A DNA stretch of 63,467 nucleotides, counting the filler, from Choristocarpus tenellus KU-1152 (taxonomy: Eukaryota > Protista > Phaeophyceae), in the NCBI GenBank assembly GCA_964200185.2. It is 14 parts of 14 records of this genome, joined end to end, with 100 filler letters (N's around TTAATTAATTAA, not from the genome) between each part and the next. Parts side by side here need not be neighbours in the genome. Positions count along the whole stretch, not along the records: positions 20,656 to 26,164 come from CAXNAD020010571.1; positions 26,265 to 30,725 come from CAXNAD020014438.1; positions 30,826 to 35,701 come from CAXNAD020012698.1; positions 35,802 to 38,344 come from CAXNAD020026903.1; 10 more parts are not named here. One strand, given 5' to 3'. The notes beneath the pieces are model-generated. The model saw nothing but the letters and a program-made list of their open reading frames with translations, was not told the DNA's origin and searched no databases. How positions within the stretch are numbered: position 1 is the first letter of the stretch; every line of letters starts with the position of its first letter. The position numbers and the translations under genes were made by a program. This document shows, piece after piece, positions 23,870 to 36,101 of the stretch.

Positions 23870-24486
23870 GGCACTGCTGCAAAGAGGAATAGGACGGATC
23901 TGCAGGTCTACTTTGACTAGAGGGTTGTCGTACAAACCTCAGAGCGCTCGAACGTTGCTGATGGTTGGTAGGTACAGTACTCTCCCTAACTCACCTGACA
24001 GTAACTGTGGATAAGTGCCCCTGGCAGCATGGGAATTTCCACCTTACCCCACGGTCCAGGTCCGTCCTTTCCTCTTGGCCACCAACAACATAAACATCAA
24101 ATTTTGAATATTGGATGGAACACAACCATGAACCGTTTCTATTTTTTGGACACACAGCCACTGACTCTTTCCATTCCTCAATGTGGGTGGGGTTACCCAT
24201 AGATGATTGTAGCTAGCTGATAACAGGAGTAGGTTCTTTATACTGATCATCTCTTCGTATTCAAGGTTTGTTCTCGCCAGGACAGCAGGGTCAAATATCT
24301 CCGTGCCTGAGAAAAGTCTGGGTACAACCTCTCTTTTTTGTGCTTGTGACAGATCATGTCTTCGTTCCTCGCCTCTAGGTTCCCTGCTGCCCTTCGCCGG
24401 GAAAATCGCAGGTGATGCTGGTGTGATCTTAAAGCAGTCATTGATAAGCTCGACCTATTACCAGTGACTTTTTACATTCAATCGAA

Positions 24487-25161
24487 ATGACTACATCCCT
24501 TCAAAACTGGCTTCTCCTCAGGCGGTACTCAGCTGCCTACCGACATTTTCAGCCTTTTTCCATTGCGCCCAAACTGGTCAAAAAGGAATCGCGGGGGGAA
24601 AGAAAGGAAATTTGCGAATGGCGGGAGATTGGATCTCGGCCGGATACGGTGAGGGCTGGGCTTGGGGTGACACAGTCAAGGCATGAGTTCTTGACTTCTG
24701 TGGACAAAAAGGTTGAGAGACTGACGTTGAATCCGAATCTCGGGTTCCCTGCTGGCAAAGAAGTCCTCGAGACGACTTCGAAGATGAGAGGATGGCAAAG
24801 TTTCAAAGAAAAGCTCTCGAAAGAAGCTGTGAAACGGATATTGAGAGACTACGGCGTTGTCGCAGTGGTCTTCCACAGTGCCGTTTTTTCTGTCACCTTG
24901 GGGAGCTTCTTTGGGGCTCTTAGTCAGGGTGTGGATATGGGTTCAATCTTGGCCTATGCTCCGCTCATTGCTGAGAACCTTCCGAGTCCCAGTGCCGGCA
25001 ACTTAGCGGTAGCATGGGGGCTTACGACTGTAACTGGCCCTGCGCGAGGGGTGCTTACCATAACTCTCACACCAAGAGTGGCCCGATTTTGGCGCGGAGA
25101 TGCCAAGAACTCCCAGGCAAGGGGCGACGAAAAAGATCCCAAAGAAAGGAATATCACATAG
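24487..25161 (+). CDS. FAM210A/B-like (DUF1279) membrane protein, probably mitochondrial, intronless
   Basis: 224-aa ORF with K.ILRDYGVVAVVFHSAVFSVTLGSFFGALSQGVD...GNLAVAWGLTTVTGPARGVLTITLTP (DUF1279 pattern YG......h...s....g.fy......GvD...P.R...T...tP) and a basic, presequence-like N-terminus. Divergent from the tRNase Z gene. Confidence 0.85.
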   Translation: MTTSLQNWLLLRRYSAAYRHFQPFSIAPKLVKKESRGERKEICEWREIGSRPDTVRAGLGVTQSRHEFLTSVDKKVERLTLNPNLGFPAGKEVLETTSKMRGWQSFKEKLSKEAVKRILRDYGVVAVVFHSAVFSVTLGSFFGALSQGVDMGSILAYAPLIAENLPSPSAGNLAVAWGLTTVTGPARGVLTITLTPRVARFWRGDAKNSQARGDEKDPKERNIT

Positions 25162-26799
25162 TCTGACGATTTTGTCTGCCGCTGGTGAAAGTATGCGCTC
25201 TGATGGGTCGTTAGGGTTCCTTGAGAGCCTGGTTATCACCCTCCAATCCTTGATACATCTGTGGTTGTTCCTGTTGGATATAGTAATGTTCTTGCAATTG
25301 TTTGCTTGTTTTGGAATATCATGGCAAGCCGGTAGTTGGGTTGATATCCCTGATACTAATTAGAAAAATAACAAAGCTATGTGTCGAATTTGCGTGCAGC
25401 CCTGGGCAAGGTTTTCTGATTGTCAGGACCATAATGCAGATCCCTGTAGTCCAGATAGATTTTTTTGTATTTTTGTTTTAAAGGTCAAAGTATCTTGATC
25501 TTTATTATTTCCCACTTTTTGTGCCACATATTCATGTATGTAGTTGAGGTTGCATTTGGCACCCTAAGGGGGTAGGACAATGGACCATGCAGTCCTGAAT
25601 AGGCATTCAAGGTACTTGTTGAGGGCGCAACAGTTCAAAATCTAGTGACTAGAGGAAACAGCATGTATTTTTGTATGTGTTTGAGTGCATACCTTTGTGT
25701 CTTGGCATCTGTGTCTCAGTAGGTGGCTCAAGTCATAGTGTTTCTAGTGGCAAAGGACAAGCCTGCCCAGGAAAATGAGATACGCATCATTTTTGAACAA
25801 GCTGTGAGGATCTGTAGTATTGGGGAAAAGACAGCTTGTTATACCTCAGGGCATGTAAATTGCAACTAATTCCTGTTTTGTCTGTACTAATTGGAAGATA
25901 GTATAGCTATTTCAGAAACCACATAAAAACAGCACAGGAGGTCCAATCACCAGCAACAGTCTAAATCAAGCATGGTTATACACATCTTTGGATCGAACAC
26001 CACTACATTTCTACACTGGCAACGTTTTGTCCTAGCAACGCTACCATGTTTCATTCACAGGAACATTGCCTGCTTGGTCTGCAGGTAAAATGATGCCCAC
26101 AGCTCATTAGCGACTGGGTTTGACCCAAAGTATCTTGGGGGGGGCGAGGGGGGGTCTACAACAGNNNNNNNNNNNNNNNNNNNNNNNNNNNNNNNNNNNN
26201 NNNNNNNNTTAATTAATTAANNNNNNNNNNNNNNNNNNNNNNNNNNNNNNNNNNNNNNNNNNNNCTAATCATCCAATTATTCGAGCAAATTTTAAAATTA
26301 GGTACAGTATTCGTTACGGCAGCAAGTAGGTAGGGAGTCGTCTTAGCAATGCTTCAATGCCACGTTTATGTCCTGAGGGACCTCAATAAATTGGTCCGTA
26401 GTAGGCAAAAGGAGTCAGTAGGAGGGGTTTGTTAGCACTCCGTCGGTGCTCAGAACTCAGTGCACTGAGTTTGGTCATGAAAATTCTCCAAGACGACAAT
26501 CCTCAACAACGAGGTGGAGCCTCAAGGCGTTCGACTCGCCAATGGAGATTTCGTTTATATCGTCCTGCAACTAGATACAGTCAAGGATGGGTTGTGCTTG
26601 ATTATTTGAATATTTGAATATTTGTTCGGGTCTGTCGGAGTCAGAGCGTGACAGGAGGTGTTGTGAAGAGTGGAGGGCAGTGGGGACGTAAGCTTCGGGA
26701 AATATCCTCTTCACCAATACCAACAGAAGGACCAAGGTGAGAAAAGTAGTCTACCGCACGATCAATTTACGCCATGGGCCGACTACCAACTCAACGAGT

Positions 26800-26990
26800 C
26801 AAACCAATTGAGAGGTACGCAGGCTTGCACTCTAAGGATCCCAAGAATGGCCAGAAAGATACAATTTTGTACAATTCCAGAAAGAGTCTTTGACGAACTA
26901 TGTTATCACTTTGTTTGTGGACAGGGGGGAATATCAATATTGCGTACAATATTGTGCACATAAATTAATGAAATATAGTGATGCTGCATA
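26800..26990 (+). repeat. Dispersed repeat, probable decayed copia RNase H end
   Basis: Similar to 18360-18510 (TTTTGTACAATT.CAGAAAGAGTCTTTG...TCACTTTGT.TGTG...TATTGTGCACATAAA); reads CYHFV, resembling the copia RYHFVR motif. Confidence 0.55.
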
Positions 26991-27331
26991 GGGTATGAAA
27001 GAAATAATGGAATACGAAAGTGTCTGTTGAAACATTAGGATGAATGAACCGTGACCCCTTGTACAGTGGCATGTTATTTGTTGTGTGAAGGGGCGTCATT
27101 TAGTGCAGTGAAGGAATGATGAGTTCGTGGTGTTGAACCTTGTGACATGCTCTGCACGGTCAGAGGATGTCTGGTGGGTGCACTGTACTGGGGTATTCAT
27201 TGGTACATTGAAAGGACGAGACTCGTGCTCTGTGTAGAGGCTTGTCCTTTCGTGAAGAACGGTTTGTGGATGTTTTGAATCGGAATATGTAGCATCCAGT
27301 TATGTATCTGGTACACTTACCCCAGAGTGAG

Positions 27332-27575
27332 GAGTAGAAGTATCTTAGAGGGTAGAGTCGCATCCTTTTCGGGGCCAAAATCCAATGTTGCGATTTTGAT
27401 GAAATATTGGCTATCGTGTTTTTTAGGAAGTGTCAATATTCCTTGTTCCGGACACACCAATCCAAAACGTACACATTTACCTAATCCTAAACCTTTCGGA
27501 TTAGGAAGGAGGTATAAAATAAAAACGTGGGAAGCCAAGCCCGAAACGGGCAAACAGGGCAAGCTTCTTTCACTC
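27332..27575 (+). mobile_element. MITE, type A copy with 4-bp TSD (TGAG)
   Basis: TGAG|GAGTAGAAGTATCTTAGAGGGTAG ... TTTCACTC|TGAG; the right TIR is partly deleted. Confidence 0.85.
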
Positions 27576-29697
27576 TGAGTTCGGTGTCTGGGCGGGAAAA
27601 TGATCAACCAAAGAAAAAGGAAACATTGTATGAGGTACACCTAGTAGTGCTTCAATTGTGAAGATAAAAAGGAAAGAATCTTCAATCGATTTCTGACACA
27701 ACTCACGTGGTACATACTAGTAGTATGTTTAAGAGATGTCGACTGTGTCATACTTGCTATGGGTCATGGAATTGTAACGGAAATCTATGATCCTATAGTG
27801 TAGTATCGACGATGTAAGAGGTGAGTAACGACCAGTACCGATGTGCGAATCAACAGTGAGTATGAACCGGTAATACTATATTATATCAATAACGCAAACG
27901 ATTAGTAACCTATGTTTCGACGAGAACCAGACCTCCCTACCTTTTGATTGGTCTGGCCGAATTGCATTAATAAAAATGTTTGGATTACGGGTAGAATAGG
28001 GGTATGTCCGACGATAGTTAGTTCGTCGACTATCCACAACTTCGCGACTCTAGCTACAGCTTGTACCATATATTTGCTACTAATTTAGAGTATATAATAC
28101 CATTTCTTCGAGTTTTTGAATGTACTCCAAACTATGGACGACCCAAGTTGTCTTCCCAAGGGGGAGGTTGAAGAGTACTGCGCCAGAGAGAGGGATAAAA
28201 TTTGTGATGCCATGGTTTCGACACCTAGGTCCGTAGGATGATATGTAAACATGCATGAAACACAGAATGATGGTTCGTGTCTCTTAATCTAATCTACTAT
28301 TCTACATTTAGTTTTCCTTTAGCGTTGGATAACTGTATCTATTTCTGAGTATTTGATGTGTATGGAAAACCCTTCATCAAAGTATATATATGTATGTCAG
28401 GGACAGGTCCCATTTTTGGGATCTCCCGACAGTGATGAGGATACTATGCGCAACCATATATACAGTTGGGCGAGAGCAACCTTTTGCCATTGAGGCTAGC
28501 TCAAGTGATGTGGTGGTTGGTGTGGGTCAGACGGACGACCCCTTAGCGGTAACCTCGACATGAACAGTGGGTTCAAATCAGCAAAGCCCGAGATGGTGTT
28601 TCTGTCCTGAATGGACACAACCAATCACAGTGGAGATTGGTCCACATGTCACTCCAAGGCTTTCAACATACGCTCAGCATGACTCAGTTTCGTCTATCGC
28701 TGCCTTTCTGAACCTCATCTCTGGTGTTCCTCATCGCTCCCCATCACACAGAACCAGGCCCCATAACATGAACTATAATAGTATAACATTAATAGCAGTA
28801 GTAGTAAATGCTACCCACACTATCCGATCACCATGCACATTATTATACTAGGTAGTGTAGTATAAAGCTCGATCTTCTGAGACACACACACCCACACATT
28901 GCATACGTATGGTCCGAAACAAGGGTATCAAAGAGAAGTGAAAGGAATGAATGATGTCGAGGAAACGCCTGCAGAGAAAGAAGTAACGCCTCAAGAGGAA
29001 AAACTCAAACACAGTAGTAGTAAACAACAACAGAAGGTCCAGCCACGTGTTCCAATAGGCACCACCACCAGCATCAAATACTTGCTGGAGACATAAGGTC
29101 AAAGCCCATCCGTTCAAGACAAAGAAACACACAAGTACTATGATTATCATAGTAATAGTAATAAAACTGGAACGCAACAAGAACGAAGAAGATACAGGAG
29201 TACGAAATGATTATGGATGTTGTTAAGAGAAGAGAGAAGTCTAAGAGTTGATGAAGTAGAAGAAGGAAGGAAGGAAGACTCAGGAGTTACTACCGAAATA
29301 AGGCACATCATCTACTGTCATGAAGACAAGGACTACGAGTAGTGACTGTCACAGATAGACGACAAGCAGGCACCAGCATCACCAGAAGTAACCCCGTAGA
29401 GCTTGGACGTACGTACCTGTGTTTTCTTGTCAGTCTCTGTGAGTCTTGCGACAAGTTGCGGATAGAGTTCTTGACGCCTCTTATCATAGTCTTGGAGCTT
29501 CAAATCCCCTTCGTTTCAGGTTCAGTCAAGCAGTAGAACTCTAGACCGACTGGAACCGGAAACAAGGTATCCTCTTGTGTGTATTTTGTCTCGAAACTTG
29601 ACTTGAAGGCTGGTGTTAGCTGCCACGGTTGTTGTTGTCTGATGAGGGATGCAGACGGTCACGTTTATGTTTACCATATTCCTGAGCGAGTGCGCTC

Positions 29698-29919
29698 ACG
29701 TCATCGGTGTTGAACGGCCCCCTAACCACTCCATTTATGAGATGTTGGGATTATGGTGGGAAGTGGACACGTTGATACGATACCGATGCGATGGTACAAG
29801 AATATCTATCGTATGGTGGTTCGATTCTAGACTTGGAGGTTCTGTTCTAAGTAAGATACGTATCGTGAATGATGAATCGAAGTTGCCTCAATGATCTAAT
29901 GACATCATGGATGACGTCA
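29698..29919. promoter_or_regulatory. Candidate bZIP/aureochrome sites upstream of Lhcf
   Basis: TGACGTCA at 29912-29919, near-copy TGACATCA at 29900-29907, and ACGTCA at 29698-29703, all within 450 bp of the Lhcf ATG. Confidence 0.35.
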
Positions 29920-30137
29920 AGACAGATAGATAGATAGATTTATGTACACGATGAATTGAAAAAATACCACAGAATGCACGAGATCCTTGTGCAAGTTGGA
30001 AGTTGCAACAATGATGGGAAATCGGAGGACCAAAGAGGAGGAGGTCACAACGATCCACCCTGTCTTGTGGGACACACCGCACAGCTTCAGTACTCCAGAG
30101 CGAATCGATCTACTCGTACAACTCAACCTCAAAGACA

Positions 30138-30725
30138 ATGAAGTCTGCTGTCATGGCTATCGCTTGCGCCGCCGGCGCCCAGGCCTTCGTGGCCCCCAGG
30201 TTTGTTTTGTTGAACTGAGTTTTTTTCCGACTGGTGTATCAGTGGTTTTATCCTGCATCCTCCTTGCCTTGCATATTGGGGGCGTTTGCTTCCTTCCTCG
30301 GGCGCGATTAGTCTGTTCTCACTACGTGCGATCTACTGACGATGTAGTGAGTGCTGGGCTCGATCTCTTGTCGGACTGTGGGCTCATTGAGCTTGGCTGA
30401 CCTTTGGCGCGTCGCCGAAGAGGCACTGTCCGAGTTTCTAGTAGTGTACTGTAGATGATGAGCTAACGGCAACGACTGCATGGTTCCGTGTGCCCACTAC
30501 CCCCTCCCCATTCGCAGTGCATTCAAGGGTGCTTCCCTGGCCACTGCCGCGAAGTCATCTACGGCCATGAAGATGTCGTTCGAGTCTGAGATCGGCGCAC
30601 AGCCCCCTCTGGGCTTCTTCGACCCTCTTGGGCTGCTGGCCGACGCCGACCAGGAGAGGTTCGAGCGTCTCCGGTACGTGGAGATCAAGCACGGACGTAT
30701 CTCTATGCTCGCTGTGGCGGGTCAC
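30138..30725 (+). CDS. Lhcf: Fucoxanthin-chlorophyll a/c binding light-harvesting protein (FCP), 5' part
   Basis: Exon 30138-30199 (MKSAVMAIACAAGAQAFVAP, signal peptide with ASAFAP-type cleavage motif), GT-AG intron, exon 30518-30725 (SAFKGASL...MKMSFESEIGAQPPLGFFDPLGLLADADQERFERLRYVEIKHGRISMLAVAGH, the LHC helix-1 ExKHGRxxM motif). Confidence 0.97.
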
Positions 30726-31240
30726 NNNNNNNNNNNNNNNNNNNNNNNNNNNNNNNNNNNNNNNNNNNNTTAATTAATTAANNNNNNNNNNNNNNNNNNN
30801 NNNNNNNNNNNNNNNNNNNNNNNNNCAAAAAAGTGAAAATCGAAAAAAAGGTGAAAAGCGGACGCCAACACCCCCCCCCAGATACTTTGACCCTGTAGAC
30901 ATGATTTGTAGATATCAGTCTGAATTTATCAACGTATTATAGATGTGCTATCCGTATGCGCCAAGATAAGACAACAGTGTAATGCTGATCTGTCCATAGC
31001 TCACCTTCATACACAAATCATACTGGTACAATTTAGTTGCAATTGAATAGGAAAACACAATTGTGCACAAATTTTTTGAGGGATGGTCATTACTTTGTCG
31101 GAAATCGATTTGTATGACAGTAATAGGATTTGATTTGTTCGATATGCGGATGTTTCATCTGAGGGTGGGGTGAGGTTCAATCAAGGGTGATAGTGTTTAG
31201 AACAATGTTCATCCCCTAGACATGTTTTTCTCTGTGGCAG

Positions 31241-32753
31241 GTTCTCCCAGCCTTACCTGAGAAGGGTGTGCCCTCCTCTGTGGATGGAGTCGAGCCCAAG
31301 CCCCTGCACCCTTTGGACACACTAGAAGCCCATCAAAAAGGAGCTGCTGTAATGACAGCGTCACTAGATGGACGTTTCATGGCGACAGGAGGGGCAGATG
31401 GTCTCATCTGCCTGTGGATGGTCTATGAGCAACAGGTGGGAGGGTTGGCAGTCAGGACAGTAATGGAGATATTTGTGTCTTACCATGACGATTGGCAGGT
31501 TTTCTAGTGAGCATGACATACCCTTTTCATACAACATTTACAGTGGAGTATATCATAGTGGGACTACCATTCGAGCTAATACTTGAGGTTGACATACTCG
31601 ACTTCCAAGATTTTGGAGAAAACTGAATTGTTTTGCTACCTTTGACTCAGGCACATCTCCAATTGCACTCCTTGCTAAACCTTATACACATCTATTCTAT
31701 GACCCCGCCCTTTTTTCATGCAAAGCAAAGTTTTGTTCTCCTCCTGGACTTGTACAGCCTACAGCACATGATAGCATTTGGTGAATGACCTTTTACTTAC
31801 TCTCTCTTTTTATCTCTCTGACAAATGCTCACACTGGTATATGTCCTCCTCACACCTCATTCATTCATGGCATAGGTGGAACTTCTGAGCTCCGCTCTTG
31901 TGCATGCTGGACCTGTTATCTCGCTGACATTTGCAACAGACTCTACCCAGCTCTTCACAACCTCCCTTGATGGTACAGTCTTCGGTCTTACCCTGGAAGG
32001 GCTAGGGGAGGAAGCAAGGATGGGGATGGCCAAGCTTCCACCACTGGAAGATACACTAGAGGTGTGGTGGGCATGTGGAAGGTACCATGTAGATGGATTC
32101 TCTTGTTGACAGCTCACAGGATGGGTAGGATAAGTTACTCAAGTCAGGTATCCATCATTACTATAAAATTGAGAAAGTTGTCAACAGTATTTATACATTG
32201 TAGATTCCATCGATCAAGATGTGTTGGGCATGCGACCAAGTATGTTGGGTTTGTTGCACAAGTTCCACACAAAAGACTTCAGATATCAGATCCCAACATT
32301 TCCACTGCCCTGGATATTTTTTATGGTGGCCCTTTCATTACTGCCACAACTGTCAACTGTAGAGTCCTTCTTTCCTTGACATGGCTGGCACCTGTGGTTT
32401 CTGGCACCTTGCATAGTATCATCTATGATGATTGAGACTTACCCACCTATGCTGTGTGCACTTGCTAGGAACACTAGCCCATTCCTATCTCAAGCCAGGA
32501 GTACATTGTTGCATTGCACGGCTTGAAGGGAATTTTTGAACCAGGGAGATAAGCTAACAACAACATGCAAAGGTGTCATTAAGTTGCCTGCACTGACAAA
32601 AAAATTATGGCTTGGATGGGGACTGCATTTTGTGTGCTACCTCAGAGGCTTGCGGATAGAAGAGTCACCAGGGCCCAAATTGTCACCTTGGAGAAGCTGG
32701 GCCTGCCCCCCTGGAGACAAGAGCATGAGACAGAGAAGATTGACAACTCCAAG
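31241..32753 (+). CDS. Internal exons of a WD40-repeat protein (possibly CFAP43/CFAP44-like flagellar protein)
   Basis: Phase-0 exons 31241-31435, 31876-32061 and 32646-32753: AHQKGAAVMTASLDGRFMATGGADGLICLW and VHAGPVISLTFATDSTQLFTTSLDGTVFGL are WD40 blades. The CFAP43/44 label is only a guess. Confidence 0.8.
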
Positions 32754-33507
32754 GTGGGGGCAGTTGCTCTTTTAGAGACATTTCATGTTGTACAAAATAT
32801 CTTGCATATGCCATAGTTCCATTCACCATGGGTCAAAGCAGGAATCATTGCTGATTTATTGTTTTAAAGCCCCAACATATACAACACAGAAGGACAGAGT
32901 CACTATTTGTCGACCAAAGGTCTCCCTAAGCAATCATTGGCTCTGCAGGGCATACATTTGGTGGAATTTTGTAATAATAATTTTTCTCTCAGCAGTTCAT
33001 TCTGAGGATTGAAGTATAGCATCGTGGATGATGAAACTCAACCTATGTGGTAGGTAGGCAGTTCAGAAAAATGTGCTGATTCACCATCTATCCCCTGCTG
33101 TCTCAATAGGGTGAGAATTTTCTTCATTGAACTAGGATGCTTGTTCTCCAGCATGGTCTCTCCATCGCAACTTGCTGTTCCCAGCAAGTATTGCTGCCCA
33201 ACTTAAGAGGAACCTCCTCTCCCGCCAGACACATCATGGAATTGATAGAGTCTCGGACTGAATCACCAAAAACTGACCTATCTGGAGGGGTATCTGACCC
33301 AACCGGAAAAGTCACCCAAGCACTATTGATTCCTTTGTTTGGATATGGAGAACTGAACCAACCTGAACCAACCTGAACCAACCATGTACTCTTCTCTTTT
33401 CTTAGTATTTTTAGCTCTCCCAGCGTCCTTCTCATTGAGTTTTCGGCAGCACCAATTAGAATATTCAAGTTAAACAAAAATCAGGACGCTTCACCAGGCC
33501 AGCAAAA

Positions 33508-33862
33508 CAGTGGACTTGCCTGCTGGCTGAACCAGTCTCCCACATTTCTTTGACACGTGACAGTCCATTATTCACTATGTATTGAACTGTTCCAAGTCCA
33601 TCGACCCCACTGGGTCTAAGATTCTCTAATATGCCGGACCATGCCCACTACCTATTGTACCAGTACATGTCTACTGGTCAGACTCGGTCTAATATTCTCT
33701 AACCCGTACGGGACCATGTCCACTGGGTGTTGTACCAGTACATGTCCGCCGGCCAGACAGGGCAAAATATACTTTGACATGTCCGGACCATGTCTGCAGT
33801 CAATCTATTTCTCTTTTGACATGTCCGGACTATGTCCATGATGTGTTGTGCAAGTCCAACTG
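33508..33862. mobile_element. Putative non-autonomous TIR element with internal ATGTCCGGACC repeats
   Basis: CAGTGGACTTGC at 33508 and GCAAGTCCAACTG at about 33850-33862 form an inverted pair. (C)ATGTCCGGAC(C) and TGTACCAGTACATGTC repeat inside. No TSD found. Confidence 0.45.
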
Positions 33863-35582
33863 TCGAATTCGTTTGACCTCTCCTTTCAAAAAATGAAAAA
33901 ATGTGTACAACATGTCGGAGGTTAAGTTGTATGTGCATGTCTCTCGACTTTCTTGATTCAAATTCATGGAGAATACATCCATATATGCGTGCATGAGAAT
34001 GTCAGCTGGCATACATGCATGGAAATCGCTTCATATTACTATTCATGTATTGGACGATACAATACTCCAAAGTATAATAATTATTAGTAGTAGTCTAGAA
34101 TAGGAAGCAGATAATATAATATGATCTATAATACCATAATATGTGCATCGAAACAGAGCGCAACCTACGATTATATTATTTGTTTTTTTATTTTGTACTC
34201 GGAGCACTTAGCAGTTACGGTTATAGTATAGGATACAAGATACAAGTAGAGTGAATGGGGAATGGGGAACCATGGCCATGATATGGCTGGCCCAGGTAAG
34301 AATTATTACCTGGCCGCTTACCAATAATAGGAAGAAGAAGAAGAACAAAAAGAAGAAGTTAGGGCCGGCCATAGATAAAATGTTCTAAAATGATCGAGTC
34401 CATAGGCATGACTACTTCAATATGACCGGAGCTGCTGGCCAGGTGGGTATGAGTAAGTTCGAACACGGCGACCAGCCGTTTCAACATGCCCAGGTTACAG
34501 GAAGGCCTGGTAGTGGACATACTAACTACCTGACCAGTTGAAATGCCATGAAAAAAGCTAATATATCATTCACAGGATGTGCTCAATTCAATGTTTAACA
34601 GGGCTTCATGAGCACATTTTTTTTTCTTGCGAGAAATGGAAAAAAAAGTGACCAGGACAGCTATGACCCTACTACCCCAGCTCAAATTTACAATGACCCA
34701 GACTAAATGAAGATATTTCATGTTGCAGCAGACTATTTCATAGCCAGCGCCTGAAATATGTTCACCTTGACGTACGTACTCCGGAGGATATGTCATATAT
34801 TCAATTGGCCTCAATACTAGCCAAAAATTACCTATTTTGGAGGGACTTTCGCCAGTCACACTTCATGAACATAGTTCAGTATAAGTGATGTCGATAATAT
34901 GTAAAATAAATTTCTGAGATTTTTCTCCATCTCACCCTCAGACTAGCCCTGTACTAAAAAACCCCCACATGCCTACAGTGCTCTGTGTACACATAGAGTT
35001 ACATGCTAGACTAATGTGACATTGCTACTTCGAAGGAAATTATTGGAGACTAAGGTATTTGATATCTTTTTCAGGTGTTACTATGATTTGGTTATTATTC
35101 TATCAGTATCCAGTAGATTATTTTTTTTCTTGTTTAGGCCCGAAGGTACTTCTTCACCTGCAAAAGCACTCAATAACATTAGAAACAGGGACGCCAATTA
35201 CAGACATTGCCTCAATCACTCTCATTGCAATAATATTCAATACATATATTTTTGTCCTCGTTGTGGATGTCTATCTCTCCAGGGTGTTAAGACTTGTCGT
35301 TTGCGTAATACTGCATGACAAAGAGACAAAGATGATTCTCGGAAGAGAAATTGCTGCAATATTTTTTGTATTTCCCCCTGCTGTCAGAGGAGACCCACGC
35401 CTTCTCCCTCCTACTAGAAGTTGTGCCAACAAGGTATTGCCAGCTTAGCATACAATAGATTGAAGGGGCTAGAAATTATATAAATGGTATCCAGTACTTT
35501 GACATGTTGTAATATCCTGGATTAGTCTAGAATAGTCTTGATAAGTGTGAGACCGGTGCCAGATGTGCTCTAGTATTCGACC

Positions 35583-35650
35583 AGACTAAGGTAGATTAAG
35601 GTAGACTAAGGTAGATTAAGGTAGACTAAGGTAGACTAAGGTAGACTAAG
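35583..35650. repeat. 10-bp tandem repeat (GTAGA[C/T]TAAG) x ~7
   Basis: Read directly from the sequence. Confidence 0.92.
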
Positions 35651-36101
35651 AAGCAGAGTCCAGTCTAGCGGAGTGTGATGGAAGGCCTGGGGTATGCACC
35701 ANNNNNNNNNNNNNNNNNNNNNNNNNNNNNNNNNNNNNNNNNNNNTTAATTAATTAANNNNNNNNNNNNNNNNNNNNNNNNNNNNNNNNNNNNNNNNNNN
35801 NCCGCGGCACAAGGCATGGCTTCCACTTTATCCCCCTACCAGCAACGTACTGTACTGCTGTGTGGTCATGACTCAGGAAGAAAGGCACTTTTCGCGAGAA
35901 ATTTATACGCGCGCGCCAAACTCGCGTGAATATCTCCCCGATTTTGTGCCAAGTCGCCCGAATACGAGCAACCCGATACAAAAGCCTATATTTTTAGCAT
36001 GTCGAAACAAACGGTACACAATGGGGTTTGGTACATAATATTTGGCATAAAATCGGGGTAGGTAGTTTACTGGAAGTATACGATGGAATGGAGGAGAATT
36101 T

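Noticed and set aside
13235-30725. A pigment or photosynthesis gene cluster (PAO plus Lhcf)
   Set aside because: The genes are on different contigs separated by artificial spacers.
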